Positions 38,350 to 52,603 of a stretch of 64,000 bases of DNA are shown piece after piece. Origin of the DNA: Octopus sinensis (taxonomy: Eukaryota); assembly GCF_006345805.1 (NCBI RefSeq), contig NC_043007.1, positions 51,274,001 through 51,338,000 of the forward strand. The letters are read 5' to 3'. Numbering within the stretch: the stretch's first letter is position 1; every line of letters starts with the position of its first letter. The notes below the pieces were generated by a model. It made no database searches. It was not told where the DNA came from and worked only from the letters and a program-made list of their open reading frames with translations. A program made the position numbers and the translations under genes.

Positions 38350-40335
38350 ATAATAATACTAACTGCTTAGTCTATGTGTCATGCATTCCTCTAGCATGTT
38401 AAAAGGAGAGATCAGACGAGAATAGATCAGTATCAACAGAGTAGATTATTTGAGACAGACCAAAGGAGATTTTATAACCAAATAAATAGTGGAGAACGAA
38501 GTACTGAAGATGAGAAACTTAATGCAGAAGAAACTAGAAATTTCTGGAGTAATATTTGAGATAAGCCTGTCAATCATAATGGAGATGCATATGGTTAAAG
38601 AAAGTGAGAGGAAAAGTAGTGTGAGAAGCAGCCAGATCTAAGATTAACTAGTGCATTAATGAGTAAAGTTTTACGAAAAATGCTGAAATGGACGGGCCCA
38701 GGACCAGACTTAGTTCAAAGGTATTGGCTAAAGAAATTTGATAGTTTACATTGGAGGCTAAGGAAACAACTTCAGGATTGCCTCGATGGAGGAATAATAC
38801 CAGATTGGATGACTAGAGGGAGGACAATACTCATCATGAAAGATAAGAGCAAATATAGACCAATTACTTGCTCACCATTAGTGTGGAAGCTGTTAACAGG
38901 AATGCTTTTAGAAAGCATTTGCGAGCACCTTGACAACCAGAATGTACTGCCAGAAGTACAGAAAGGTTGCAGGAAGAAGGCTAGAGGAAACATAGACAAA
39001 GCAGTTCTAAACGAAGTAAAAGTTAGAAAGAAAAATCTAACAATAGCATGAATAGATTATAGGGAAGACTATGACATGATCCCACACTCATGGAGTCAGT
39101 ATAGCAGACAACATAAGAGAATTAATTAGCTTTAGCATGAAGAAATGGAAAATAGATCTCTACCCAAGTGACACACACTTAAGGAAAGTTAATATCAATA
39201 GAATTTTCCAGGGGGACTCGTTGTCCCCTTTAATATTTATCTTATCTTTGATCCCCCTCAGTTTGGTGCTAAGGAAGGTAAAGGCAAGGTATAAGTTCAG
39301 AAATAATAAGGGGAAAATTAACCCTTTGCTCTGCATGGATGCTCTGAAGCTTTTTTGTAAGAATGAAAAAGCAATAGATACCTTAATACAGACTGTAAGA
39401 CTCTTCATCTATGATGTAGGCATGGAATTTGGCATAGATAACAGTGCAGTATTAGTCATGAGACGGGATAGGTAGTCAACAGAGAAGGCAAGACATTAAA
39501 ATCATTGGAAGGAGGAGAGAGAGTTATAAGTATCTAGGAGTATTAGAAACTAACAGGGTACTAACTACAGAAATGAAAACGAAAATTGAGGAATACATCA
39601 GAAGGGTGAGAAAGCAAATGAAGTCAAACTTAAATGGTCCGAATCTAGTGAAAGTTGTAAATACTTGGGCAGTATCATTACTTAGATACTGAGCAGCTTT
39701 TGTACATTGAACAAAAACTGAATTAGCAAAGCTAGACAGAAAACTAGGAAGGAATTCAATATGAATGAATGACTCCACCCAAGGGCAGGAGTAACAAGAT
39801 TACACCTACCTAGAAAGGAAGGTGGAAGAAGGTTAATATCAGTCAGTAGAAGACTGAGTGTAGTTAGCTATAGTAAATATAGACTCCTATATAGGTAATA
39901 ATGAATAAAATTTATTAAAAACTGCTAGAGTCACAGCAAGAAAGCCAGCAACACGAACGAACTTAAAAAACAGAAAAAAGAAAAGAAATAATCTGACTGG
40001 CAGGAGAATGCGTTGCATGGTAAATTTCAAAGGATAGTTGCAGCAAATAGTAGTAGTGAGACATGGTTATGGTTGCAGAAAGGAAAGCTGAAAAGGGAGA
40101 CGAAAGTTTGTTAGAAGCAACACAAGATCAAGCATTAAGTATTAATTGAATAAAAGCCATGACAGACAAAAGACAAGTAGATAGGCATAAAACCCAGTAT
40201 AGTGCAGCTGCAGAAAATAGTGTTATTAGGGACAGCTAGGATACTTAGTTGGATTCTTGCCATCTAAGGCTACTTGCTGCAGCCCGATGTTAGGGAATTT
40301 TTTTCTTTTCCAACATTCTGATTTGTTGAGTGTAT
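38350..40335 (+). pseudogene. decayed R4/Dong-type LINE
   Basis: GPGPDLVQRYWLKKF, YRPITC, QKGCRK, FQGDSLSPLIF, MDALKLF, YKYLG; ends in (AAT)n. Confidence 0.85.
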
Positions 40336-40459
40336 ATGGAAATAATAATAATAATCCTTTCTACTATATGAGCAAGATCTGAAGGTTTGGGGGAGGTGCT
40401 AGTTGATTACATTGACTCCATTGTTTCGTTGCTAACTTAATTTATCGACCCCGAAACAT

Positions 40460-41328
40460 CGAGCAAAGAATATAAGTAGCGATCGTGATAACCACTACGA
40501 AAAAATGATCAAGCTCAGTAACAATCTATTAAGCAGCAACTACCCCAAAATATACTATCCACTCAAATTATGAAGAAAAGAGACGATGAAACCAATAAAT
40601 TGTCTACAGTCTGTGTACCCTATGTGAAAGGCCTCTCCGAAAAGATAAAAAAGATATGTAGCCCATCAGGACAGTATTCAAGAGTAATACAACACTTCGC
40701 AAATATCTCCTTCGGGTAAAACCACCAATAGAAGAGAATATGTCCAAAAATTGCGTGAACTCCATTACTCCATCCTATGCAGCTGTGGTAGGTTATACAA
40801 AGGCGAAACTTGCCACCCCCTCAAAATAAGGGTAGAGTAACATTGCAAAGCCGTGACACTAGGAGATATTGATAAATCGGGTATAGCTGATCATGTAAGG
40901 AAAAACGGAGACCACCTCCCCTTGTGGGATGAAGTTAAAATAATAGACAGCGAACACCACTAGAAAATACGAAAACTAAAAGAACCAGCACATATGCCAT
41001 GACACAACAACCTCCTAAGCAGACTGAGTGCAGATATGAATAGCATATGGGAACTGGTATTAAGGAAGGATAAGAGAATATTAGATTTATAAGCGCTAAA
41101 ACTGACTCCATAATTGCCCATGGGCATATGGCGTAGTGGTTAAGAGCCCAAGATTCCGAGTTCGATTCCAGGGAGTGACCTGAATAATAATAATAATAAC
41201 AGCAACAACACCGAAAAACACTTTAGGAATGAGAAACCAGGATCGAAATTTCCCCAAGACACCTGATGAAGGCTTGGAGGGTATATCAGCCGAAACTTAG
41301 TGTTAACAACAAACAAAATATCCGTCAA

Positions 41329-41330
<2 letters not shown>
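40460..41330 (+). mobile_element. Penelope/Poseidon-type PLE 3' end with tRNA-like segment and HHR in the 3' UTR
   Basis: PYVKGLSEKI, IPCSCGRLYKGET, SGIADHV..WDEVKII; A-box TGGCGTAGTGG (~41128), B-box GTTCGATTC (~41159); CTGATGA-A-GGCT..AGCC-GAAAC at 41263-41296. Confidence 0.8.
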
Positions 41331-41390
<60 letters not shown>

Positions 41391-41650
41391 ATTGATTGAT
41401 TGATTGATTGATTGATTCTAGTTTCAGCTTATGAGCTGTGGCCATGCTGGGGCACCGCCATTTGGTGTTGCTACTTGGTTTCACTTCATGGAGGCTTTCT
41501 AGCAACTGCTATTTGGTGCATGAGAGAGTTCGATGCAGCTGCCCTCATCTGTCCCTCCTGCCGTGAAGTTGGTTCATCTGGGACACCTGACAGGAAGAGA
41601 TCCAGCTCCATTTTAAAGACATCTGTATCCACCCCATGCAGGTCTCTATA

Positions 41651-43230
41651 TTAAATTAGAGACAAAACCACTATTAGGCAAATCATACAATGAAAAACTT
41701 AAGCCAATACATAAGATTATTTAATTTATATTATTTAAATATATAACAAAATTATTTTAAAAATATAATTAATATAACACTACGATCGTTTCATGGCTGT
41801 TAATTTCTTTAAATTTTCGAGCTACAGTCATTCATCAGGTGGTTTAAATATCTAAAATATAATCAATATTTTTAAGATATAAATAATATATATAATATAA
41901 TAATTTTACTTATAATAAACTCTATTATCAAATATGATTATATCGAAATCGACTATAATGTTAAATATTAACTTTAATTTATAAGGTAGGAAACCCATAA
42001 TCTAATAACAATATTAGTCTATATCTAATTACATAAATATTTAAAATGACTAATATATATAAATTATCAATGAAAATATATATAAATATTATAATCAAGA
42101 TCTAAAATAATCTCTATAAATAATTGTATATAATGAAAACCTAATAAATTTAATTTTTCATATTTAAAGATGAAATAGCTAATTTCAAAATACAAATAAA
42201 CTAACTTAAACGGACTTTCAGAAATCTTATGTAAAATACTTTTAGAAATAATCAATTCTTAGTAATATAATATCAAATAAATGCTATAAGTACTATAAAT
42301 ATAATTATGAATGGGATTAATTATCTAATATAAATTTAAAGAAATAACTAAGTTATGCTATTAAATTAGACATGGCCTAGACCAATCTTTAGTGGAAACA
42401 TATCTAATTTTATCAAAGTTTATCTAATTTAATTAGAAATTTAAAACTACAATTAATACTATTAAAACATGTATATACAAAGCCTAACTTAATACACCTA
42501 GTATGCTTGCTATCAAATAATAAATCTATCACTAAAAAGTATCTTACGAATAAACTTCAATTTAATATCTAATAACAGAAAATTACGATAATTAGATCAT
42601 TACATAAACAACGATATTTGCATAAGGAGAATATTATTACTCCAAAGGCTTATACAATATTAAAATTTATAATTTGAAGATCTTAAATAAATACATACTT
42701 ATCTTGGCGAGGTTTAAACAATGAACTAAAATTTTGAATCAAAAAACGTCTTATACAGCGTTTATAAGAATACTCATGGAATTACGTTATTAGCAAAAAA
42801 AAGAATAAATTGTTGAAGAATTTATTACGCGTGAGGAACCTACGTTTATTAAAGATTATGAATGGGAAATTATATGTTTATCATTGTAAAAAGAATGAAT
42901 TCACAAATAAAGAATAAAATCTCTCTATACTAGAATATTTATTAATAAAATAACTATGATAAATGAAACTTAATACAAAATAAATTAAATGATTTAAATG
43001 ATTAAAAACCACTAATTATTAAATATATTCTAAAAATCTTATAAGATTAATAAATACATAAAAATTAATTTATATAGTAACCCCTCTACATACTATAAAT
43101 TCTTTCCCATGCCCTTATAATTATAAGCTAAAATTAGTGATCATAACAAATCTATAAATACTTATCAAAATTTGTAGTATAACTATACATACGTATACAT
43201 AAATATATAAGAAAATATACATACATATAC

Positions 43231-43277
<47 letters not shown>

Positions 43278-44285
43278 TACATATACATATACATACACAT
43301 ATACACATACATACACACATACATTCATATACATATATACACACATATATACACACACTTACACCAATATATACACACCCACACACATACATATAAATAA
43401 ATGTATATATATATATACACACACACATCATCATATACACATATATACAACACACACATCCACATATATTATAAATAAATAGATTTATAAATGTCTATAA
43501 TCATACTACAATACAAAATAGAGGTAAATATTAAGCTAAATCTAAAAAAATTAATCTACTAATCTATACTTCTATATTAAATAAAATGGATTAAATAAAC
43601 AACTAAATAAAACTATTTCAAATATAAAGAGATTACATACAAATAGATTAATATAACAAAATTATAATTTAACGAAGTTATAATAGAAATATAACAAAAT
43701 ATATAAAATAGATAAAATTGTAACTTACCAGACTCAATATTCAATAAACCATTAAATATTTATTATTTAGTAATAAAATATTTAGTAATAAAATGAACAA
43801 CCATCTATAATCTAACTATAATTAAAAACAGAACCTAAATAACTAAAATAAACTAATATAATAAGTACTACAAATCACCTGGTATATTTATAATACTATT
43901 ACATAAAACAACAAATAGGGAGCTAATTAAGGCTAAGAAATAATCATTATTTATCAAGAAATTTATTATATAAGTAAAGTAACTTGTGTCTGCATTTTAT
44001 TTTGCGCTCATCACAGATATTCGGTAAATTATCATGCTTATAAAATAAAATTTCCTTAAACTCATTAGAGCATAAATAACAAAAATTCGCTCCTATAGTA
44101 TATGATTTAGTTTTACTAATTATTTCCCAAGATAAATTATAATTAATATTTTGCGATTTAAGTCTCCAAATGTACTTGCTAAGTCCAGTGGAGTTAATTA
44201 AGTTTTTATTTTTAAATGAATTCAAATGTTGTGCGATTCTTAATTTTATTTTAGAGGAAGTGGACCCCATATATATCGCGTTTGA

Positions 44286-44362
<77 letters not shown>

Positions 44363-44925
44363 CATGTAATGTAACTATACATTTATACACTACATCATTA
44401 ATATCACATTTATTATTTAATTTACATTTAGTTTTATCTCTACATGTACAATTATTTATAGAGATTATCTTAGATCTTGATTATAATATTTATATATATT
44501 AGTCATTGATAATTTATACATATTAGTCATTTTAAATATTTATGTAATTAGATATAGACTAATATTGATATTAGATTATGGGTTTCCTACCTTATAAATT
44601 AAAGTTAATATTTAACATTATAGTCGATTTCGATATAATCATATTTGATAATAGAGTTTATTATAAGTAAAATTATTATATTATATATATTATTTATATC
44701 TTAAAAATATTGATTATATTTTAGATATTTAAACCGCATGATGAATGACTGTAACTCGAAAATTTAAAGAAATTAACAGCCATGAAACGATCGTAGTGTT
44801 ATATTAATTATATTTTTAAAATAATTTTGTTATATATTTAAATAATATAAATTTAATCTTACGTATTGGCTTAAGTTTTTCATTGTATGATTTGCCTAAT
44901 AGTGGTTTTGTCTCTAATTTAATAT
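41651..44925. mobile_element. AT-rich PLE remnant bounded by ~480-bp inverted repeats
   Basis: 41651-42130 is approximately the reverse complement of 44447-44925; minus-strand CTCRDKTKC linker and GIY-YIG ORF 43947-44390. Confidence 0.8.
41776..41843 (-). ncRNA. type I hammerhead ribozyme
   Basis: CAC-CTGATGA-ATGACTGT..ACAGCCAT-GAAAC-GATC-GT-A-GTG; the mirror copy at ~44730-44800 has a damaged core. Confidence 0.7.
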
Positions 44926-45230
44926 AATATAATATTTTACTATAAAATGGATTCAATCCTAAATCTGATTTTTCCCTGTAAGTTTGGATTTATTCCCTAA
45001 TATTTATTATATATATCTATATATATATATAGGAAAGCCTTTTTATTTCTATCGAGTAATATGCCCCGTTATTAGACTATTTTCCTGTGTCATTGCACGG
45101 TGATCGCCATAAGCTTTAAGCTTATATAAAAATACCATTATTATTATTTACACGATTGTAAAATACGGCACCGTATAACAAAACCATTCGCACCGAAAGT
45201 ATATATATATATGTGTGTGTGTGAGTCCTC

Positions 45231-45269
<39 letters not shown>

Positions 45270-45329
45270 GAATATGTATGTATATAAATATATACATGCA
45301 TATATATATATATAAATATATATATATAT

Positions 45330-45363
<34 letters not shown>

Positions 45364-46761
45364 GTGTGTGTGTGTGTGTGTGTATAATACATATGTGCTT
45401 ATGTATGTGTTTGTGAAAGCTTTCATCATATCAAATTAAGAAATCAAAATCCAGACCGAAATAAAGTTACTTTCTAATTGAAATCCAGGAAGGAAAAAGA
45501 ATTAGCGTAATTAAAGTTGACGAATTAAATTGGTAATTTCAATTATCTGTAAGTGATTGGGATTAACTAGTTTATTAAGAGGTTGATTAAGTGCATATAT
45601 GAATGATCTGCAATCATAACTAGATTTCTAACCTGCCACGCATAGCAATTGCTTATCCGTTTTCGTCTTTTACATCCCAAAATAGTAGGTAATCCTATTT
45701 TAATTATTCAAGTATTTATAAACCTTTGTTCACTCCTCATCCACATACACGCGCGCGCGCACGCGCACACACACACACACTCACACACACACACTCACAC
45801 ACACACACAAACAGAGACTCGGTGTTGCACTTAAAGTTACTATTCGACTAGAGTCAATATAGTACACGAAAACACTTGAATTTGATTTATAAGTAAATGT
45901 GTATATATGTGTGTGCGTGTGCGCGCGGGCGTGTATGTTTGCGTGTGTGAGTGTGTTTGAGCGTGTGTATGTACGTTTGCGTGTACCTGTGTATGTGTGT
46001 AAAAATCGATAGTTATAAATATACATACATGAATATACCTCCATATACCGTCATAGATTAAGCTGCATTCAGATACGTGCGAGTATTTAGTAGAAATTCC
46101 GAAGATTTTTACTTATGTACATTGTTCGAATTCCGTCGAGTTCGACTTTACCTTTCGGGATCGATAAAATAAGAATCAGTTATGAACTGTTGTCGACTTA
46201 ACTCTCCCCCAAATTGTTGGCCTGGTGCCAAAATTTGAAACTAATAACCTACGCCATATTTTGACGTCTTCTTAACCGTTAGACACACAATCACACACAC
46301 ATACACACATACGCACACACACGTACACAACTTGCACCGCCATCACCACACAACCATAATAACCAGTACTATCATTACCATAGAAACCAACATCACCATT
46401 ATGAGTACATCCACCCCTACTATCATCACAATCACCACCACCGCGATGATTGCGGCCATCATCGTCACACCACCGCCATCACCATACAACCACCACTACT
46501 ACACTCATCACCATCATAATCATGGTCTCGATCTGCTAGAAATAGCAGCTAAATCTCTGTCAAATCACTCCCTACCTTTTAGAAATTGACACAGTGGATA
46601 AGGTGGTCCACATTAGATAAGGTAGTCCACCGTACTAACTGATCTAATGTGCCCCAAAGAAAGAGATGGTCACGATTGAAGTGCTCTTGATTGTTAGATT
46701 AGAGCTTACGTGGTATCTGAACAACACCACAAACTTTACCACCAAGTAGTCGGGTTAACAA

Positions 46762-46807
<46 letters not shown>

Positions 46808-47742
46808 ATTATCGCCTCCACCAACACTCCTACTACTATTGCAACTCTACTCGCTGAGGACTGGTTCGAGACCAAACAGCAACAACAAAATACCAATAAT
46901 GAAACAATAACAAAAGTAATATATATAACTCCAGTTTAAATAAACAATAGAAATCACAGGCTAATTAAAAAGACAATAATAATGGCGAAAGCAACAGTAA
47001 CACGAACAATAACAACATACGGTTGTGATGGAGAGGTCTATTAAATCGACCGGATCCCAATGCTTAACTGGTACTTATTTCATCGACTCTGAAAGGATGA
47101 ATGGCAAAGTCGACCTCGGTGGAATCTGAACTCAGAAGAAATGCCGCTAAGCATTTTTGCCCGGCTTGCTAACTCGGTACGTAAAACAGATGAAATGCCG
47201 CTAAACATTTTGCCCAGCGTGCTAACGAGTATGCCAGCTCATCACCTTACAATACAACAACAATAATAATAACAAATTAACAGTAACAGCTACAGTAAAC
47301 TACAACAACAGTAACAATGAGCAAGATCAATACAGCAGTGAAACAATAAACAACATGTGCGAGTTTTTCAGGATTTCCATGCATTCGGCTACGCATAGCT
47401 AGTATGGACCAGGACTGTGGAGGATTTTCTATGATATCGAGTATGGGATACCATCTTAATCCAGTTGCAGATATGGCTGGCCAGCAATATTACATATCTC
47501 CTTTCCGGGACCCTGAATGAGGATCTGTTGTTGAAAAGACGTTTCTTAAATGTTCTTGGGGACCGCATAATAGCGATAATAGCTGGATTAGCAATAATTA
47601 CAATACAGTTGGAAATTGTTTGGTGGCGTGTCTGAAGGAGGACGACACAACAGGAAGTGCCAAAGGGAGATAATCCTAATTCTTATATCTGTATCGTTTC
47701 TCCTCCATGTTTTTTTTAATGAGGCCATGGGCCAACAGGTCT

Positions 47743-47802
47743 TAGGGCCTGAAGATACGCCACAAAAGCACCGTTTATGGAGAGAAACCCAGGGTAACCC
47801 TA
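47743..47802 (+). ncRNA. degenerate hammerhead motif
   Basis: TAGGGC-CTGAAGA...GAAACC-CAG-GGT-A-ACCCTA; stem II poorly paired. Confidence 0.45.
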
Positions 47803-47867
47803 TAAACCGGCCTTCACCAGTAATTAATATATGTGTGCGTGTGTGTGTATGTGCGTGTATATATATG

Positions 47868-47935
<68 letters not shown>

Positions 47936-49618
47936 CATATGTATGTATGTATGTATGCCTGCGTATACGTACGTAAGTATGTATATTTGCGTGTCGCAGT
48001 GTTCGGAGTTAAATCTCATGTTCATGTGCCAACCGCAATCTTCGCCACCGTTTACACTCAGTAAATCAGTGTCAAATTCAAAAACATTCAATTTACACGA
48101 AAGAAGATTTTACACTTGATAACACCTTCAATATTTCACTGGTAACTCTGGTCAGTAGACCTCAGTGAAGAGCTCCCGAGGGGCCCGTGCTAGGAAATGT
48201 GATACTTTGTCAGTAAGATGGGACTTCTTACTGAATATTTCAGTGAAATTTGTAAAAAAAAAATATATATTATGCTAGATACTTCCTAATTGCTCATTTT
48301 ACACGAGTAGAAAATTTAAGCATAAAAAGAAAATTGCATTTCAGTTATTTGTGATCGGACATAGTCTTAACCAATTTAATCATTTCATCTCTCTTCTCTA
48401 AGACATTAAAAAAATACCGTAAAAATGTCGGTTATTTTGATTTCTTATAGAATTCAATCGGAGTTATTCTGACAAATAGAAGAAAGAAAAGTGTATGTGA
48501 CAGAAGGCCAATTGAGAGAGAAATAGATAAAGTGATAAAATATCCCTGTTTCTGAAAATCATACTGTCTCTAACAGTCTCCCCACTCTCTCACCCTATCT
48601 CTCTATTTATCTATTTCTTTCTCTACCTCCCCCTCTCTCTCTCTCTCTCTCTGTATATATATATATATATATATATATAATAGAAAATTTTTAAAAAACA
48701 TATATTTCATTGATATTTAAAGGAAAGTAGCGACGTTCTGAAATTTCCTTTGAATGAAAAGTGCTGGTCTTCTGTTTCTTCATTCAATGAAATTAAAGTG
48801 ACATATATAGCCGGGATCAAATCAGACCAGTTAAATGTCATTTAGACAAAAGGTGTCAATATATATCTACAAAATATGTAATATAACGAAATATGTTCCG
48901 GTGTCAGTGTCGGCTAAAACTCTTGATGGTGATATCTAGCATGGCCTAAATTTAATGACAGAAATAAGAAAAGTGATATTTTTCAACCATCAGGTCTGGA
49001 TCCAGTATTGTGTTCTGATTTTTTTTTGCTTGTAGTTAAATCTTGTAGACATTTGCTCTTGGATACGGTTGCACGCAGTAGTATTCCAAACAAGCATATC
49101 CCGAGACCAGATTAAATACACACACACACGCATGTATATACTTACATAGATAGGGTGAGTGTGAGAGAGATTCAGTTAGGTAAATCGACAGATAGGCAAA
49201 AACGATACAATTTGCGACACACAGACAGAATGACAGAGGTTTGCATGCATGTTCATCTGCTGCAAGATAAATATCTCTGAGTAATGATATTTACATAGAC
49301 CAAAAATAGAGAAAAACACGGAAAAAATAAAAGATAATGTAACGAAACGCTTGTAGCTGATATAAAGGAATTGGTTTAAGAAAATCTCGCATAAATAACC
49401 TAGAATTACATGAAAGCAACAAAATCATATTAATAGAAAAAAATATATCGAAATGAAAAAAATAAATAAGAAAAATTGTGAATAATAGATAAAATGACTG
49501 CGTATATGTTTTATGGTTATATTCCGATAGACTTCTGAATAAACAAGAATAACTCTGTTAAAGCTGAAGAGTTTTGTCGTAGTTTATCTCATAGAAAAGG
49601 TGTGTGTGTGTGTGTGTG

Positions 49619-49657
<39 letters not shown>

Positions 49658-50258
49658 CGTGCGTGTATATGAGTGTATCAGTAAGTAGGTGGAATGTTTG
49701 TAAATGTGTGCCTTTGTGTGTTTCCGGATGTATGTATGACTATGTAAAAGATAGCTTTACGTTAAGTCGTTATGTATTAATTTTCAATATTTTCAGTGAC
49801 ATATTACATGATGAAACGAGACTTGTGAGTTGGAAGTTTATGACACAATCAGACATGGGATACCCAAACTATCCACTGATCGAGTTGTCGTTAGCATTCA
49901 AGAGAAAAGTACTTCAGCAAGAGTAAGAAGACACACATACACGCACCAGAGTAAATAAACAAACAAACATAAAGGTGATACATGAAGCGCAGTCTGCATG
50001 TCGGATATCATGTCTAGATGCGCAACAAAGCATGGTACCTATGCTAATCAAAGAAACTCGATCGAATGCTAGCGTGTACATTTATGTAAATGACTGCGCT
50101 AGAGTTTTACTTATGAATTTCACTTCTACGGCTGACGACATCAGCAGACGACAGCAATGGCTGAAAGGAAATATTTGTCTATGTTTCAGTGTAAGATTGT
50201 AAGTGTGAAAGGAAACAGAAATAAAAGTAGATTTAGTGTCGATCAAAAATAGATGGAT

Positions 50259-50290
<32 letters not shown>

Positions 50291-50360
50291 TTCATGTATA
50301 TATATATATATACACACACACATATATATATATATATATATGTACATACGTGTGTGTGTA

Positions 50361-50398
<38 letters not shown>

Positions 50399-50677
50399 AG
50401 TGTGTATATATATATATATATGTGTGTGTATGTTTATATGTGTGTATGTGTGTGTGTGTGTGTGTGTGTATGTGTGTGTGTGTGCGTATAATGCTTATCA
50501 CTACTTACAGGACGGGGTATTTCGTTGTCTAAATAACATCTTTATCATCAATAACTGTTTTCTTTACAAAGATAGCACAGGTTTCTCTTCCACAATATTT
50601 CATTCTTCCCCTCACTACATATTTCACAAAAATGTTGTTTGTGTATGTACACTAAAAAAGAAATACATACGGTAATA

Positions 50678-50742
<65 letters not shown>

Positions 50743-50743
50743 T

Positions 50744-50774
<31 letters not shown>

Positions 50775-52437
50775 TATGTGTGTATATATATATATAGATA
50801 TATATATAAACATATATATATATATAACAGAATATATATATATTCTGTTACTTGTTTCAGTCAATTGGCTGCGGCCATGCTGGTGCACCGCCTTTAGTCG
50901 TACAAATCGACCCCAGGACTTATTCTTTGCAAGCCCAGTACTTATTATGTCGGTATTATAGCAGAAGGCACTTGCCCAAGGTGCCACGGTTATATATGAA
51001 TATTCACCTCTCTTGCTCATCGTCTCTCTCTCTCTCTCTCACACACACCACAAACACACACACACACTTTCAGTCATTGAACTGTAGCCATGCTACAGCA
51101 TACATTCTAAGGGTCTTAGTCGCTCAAATAAATTTACAATACATTGTTCAACCTAGTTTGTTGGGTATAAGGAGTGCAACCCGATACACCGATCTATACC
51201 CTTATTATTAAACACATGTATACCTATACAGACATATATATAGGATTGTGTATGTTTTGTGTGTATATTATATATCTTTGTGTGTTTATGTATGTACGTA
51301 TGTATGTATGTATGTATGTATGTATGTATGTATATTATATATCTTTGTGTGTTTATGTATGTACGTATGTATGTATGTATGTATGTATGTATGTATGTAT
51401 GTATGTATGTGAAAAGAAAGCGAGCTAAGAGAAATATCTCTGAGTGGCTCATGATGTGTTTCTGAAGTCCAAAGATAAATAAATATATATTAAATATGAT
51501 ACCAGATTAACTTTTGATTTATTGAAATCATTTCTGCTTCCAGACAGCGTAGGCCAATCTTTTGATAGCAATTGCTACCAACTCCAAATGAGAAGAGGAG
51601 ATAACTCTTTTCTTCTTTGTTGTTGAAATGCCCGTCACTTTCCGCTCTAAGTTATTTCTTTTAATTCATTTTCATTTCATTTATCCAAATTACAAAGGCC
51701 ATAAATATGTTCGCTTTGATGTATATGTTTAAATTTCCCGTCTGAGATACATAGACATATACATAAAAGAGAACAGGAGATAAGGTAGGACAAATGCAGA
51801 GCTGATGACGTCAATCGGGACAGAAAAGCTAAGCTTGTTACTTTTCCATAATCCATGGAAATTTGGAAAAAATTCATTCGCTTTTTCATTTGGTGTTGCC
51901 CGAAGTGATTGGTCTATCATCTCCAGAAACGGAAATAATTTCAATAAATTAGGAATTCATGTTGTATGTTATTTAATATACCATCATACGTCATATGTTC
52001 ATATATTTATATATATATATATCGTGCTAACATCAACATTTTTTCTCTGCCCCAAGGCACATTCCTAATACGCCAGCTGAGTTTCATTCGTTTAAGTCGA
52101 AAGACACCTGTTGTGATGTCCTGTTATTATTATTGGTTTTATTATATTATTCTGTTTACGTATTATTATTATTGTTTTTATGTATTATTTTTGTATTCAT
52201 ATTCGTGTAACATCGTCCGTTTTTCCGTCCTTGTTTTGTATACATTCTACACTTTTTCCAAGGAATCTAATGCGCTTAGCGTAGTTTTTCCTTGGGGCTG
52301 GCCACATTGGAGCAATCTCAAGAATAATAATAGCGAGGATGATCCGGTTCTTGACTGAAGATTGAAGGCTTCGAATGTCCCGTCAATGTTTTTTGCATCG
52401 TCTTCTAAATGTTTTGCGTTCTTGTCCCAATTTGTAT

Positions 52438-52508
<71 letters not shown>

Positions 52509-52542
52509 TAAATGTGATATGTGACAATTATTCGGTAGCCAA

Positions 52543-52603
52543 GATAAAACTCTGAGTTTCGGATTTCAAGGTGGAAATCCACGCCACCATCTCTTCAGTT
52601 ATC
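52543..52603 (-). ncRNA. type I hammerhead ribozyme
   Basis: GATAA-CTGAAGA-GATGGTGG..CCACC..ATCC-GAAACT-CAG-AGT-T-TTATC. Confidence 0.6.
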
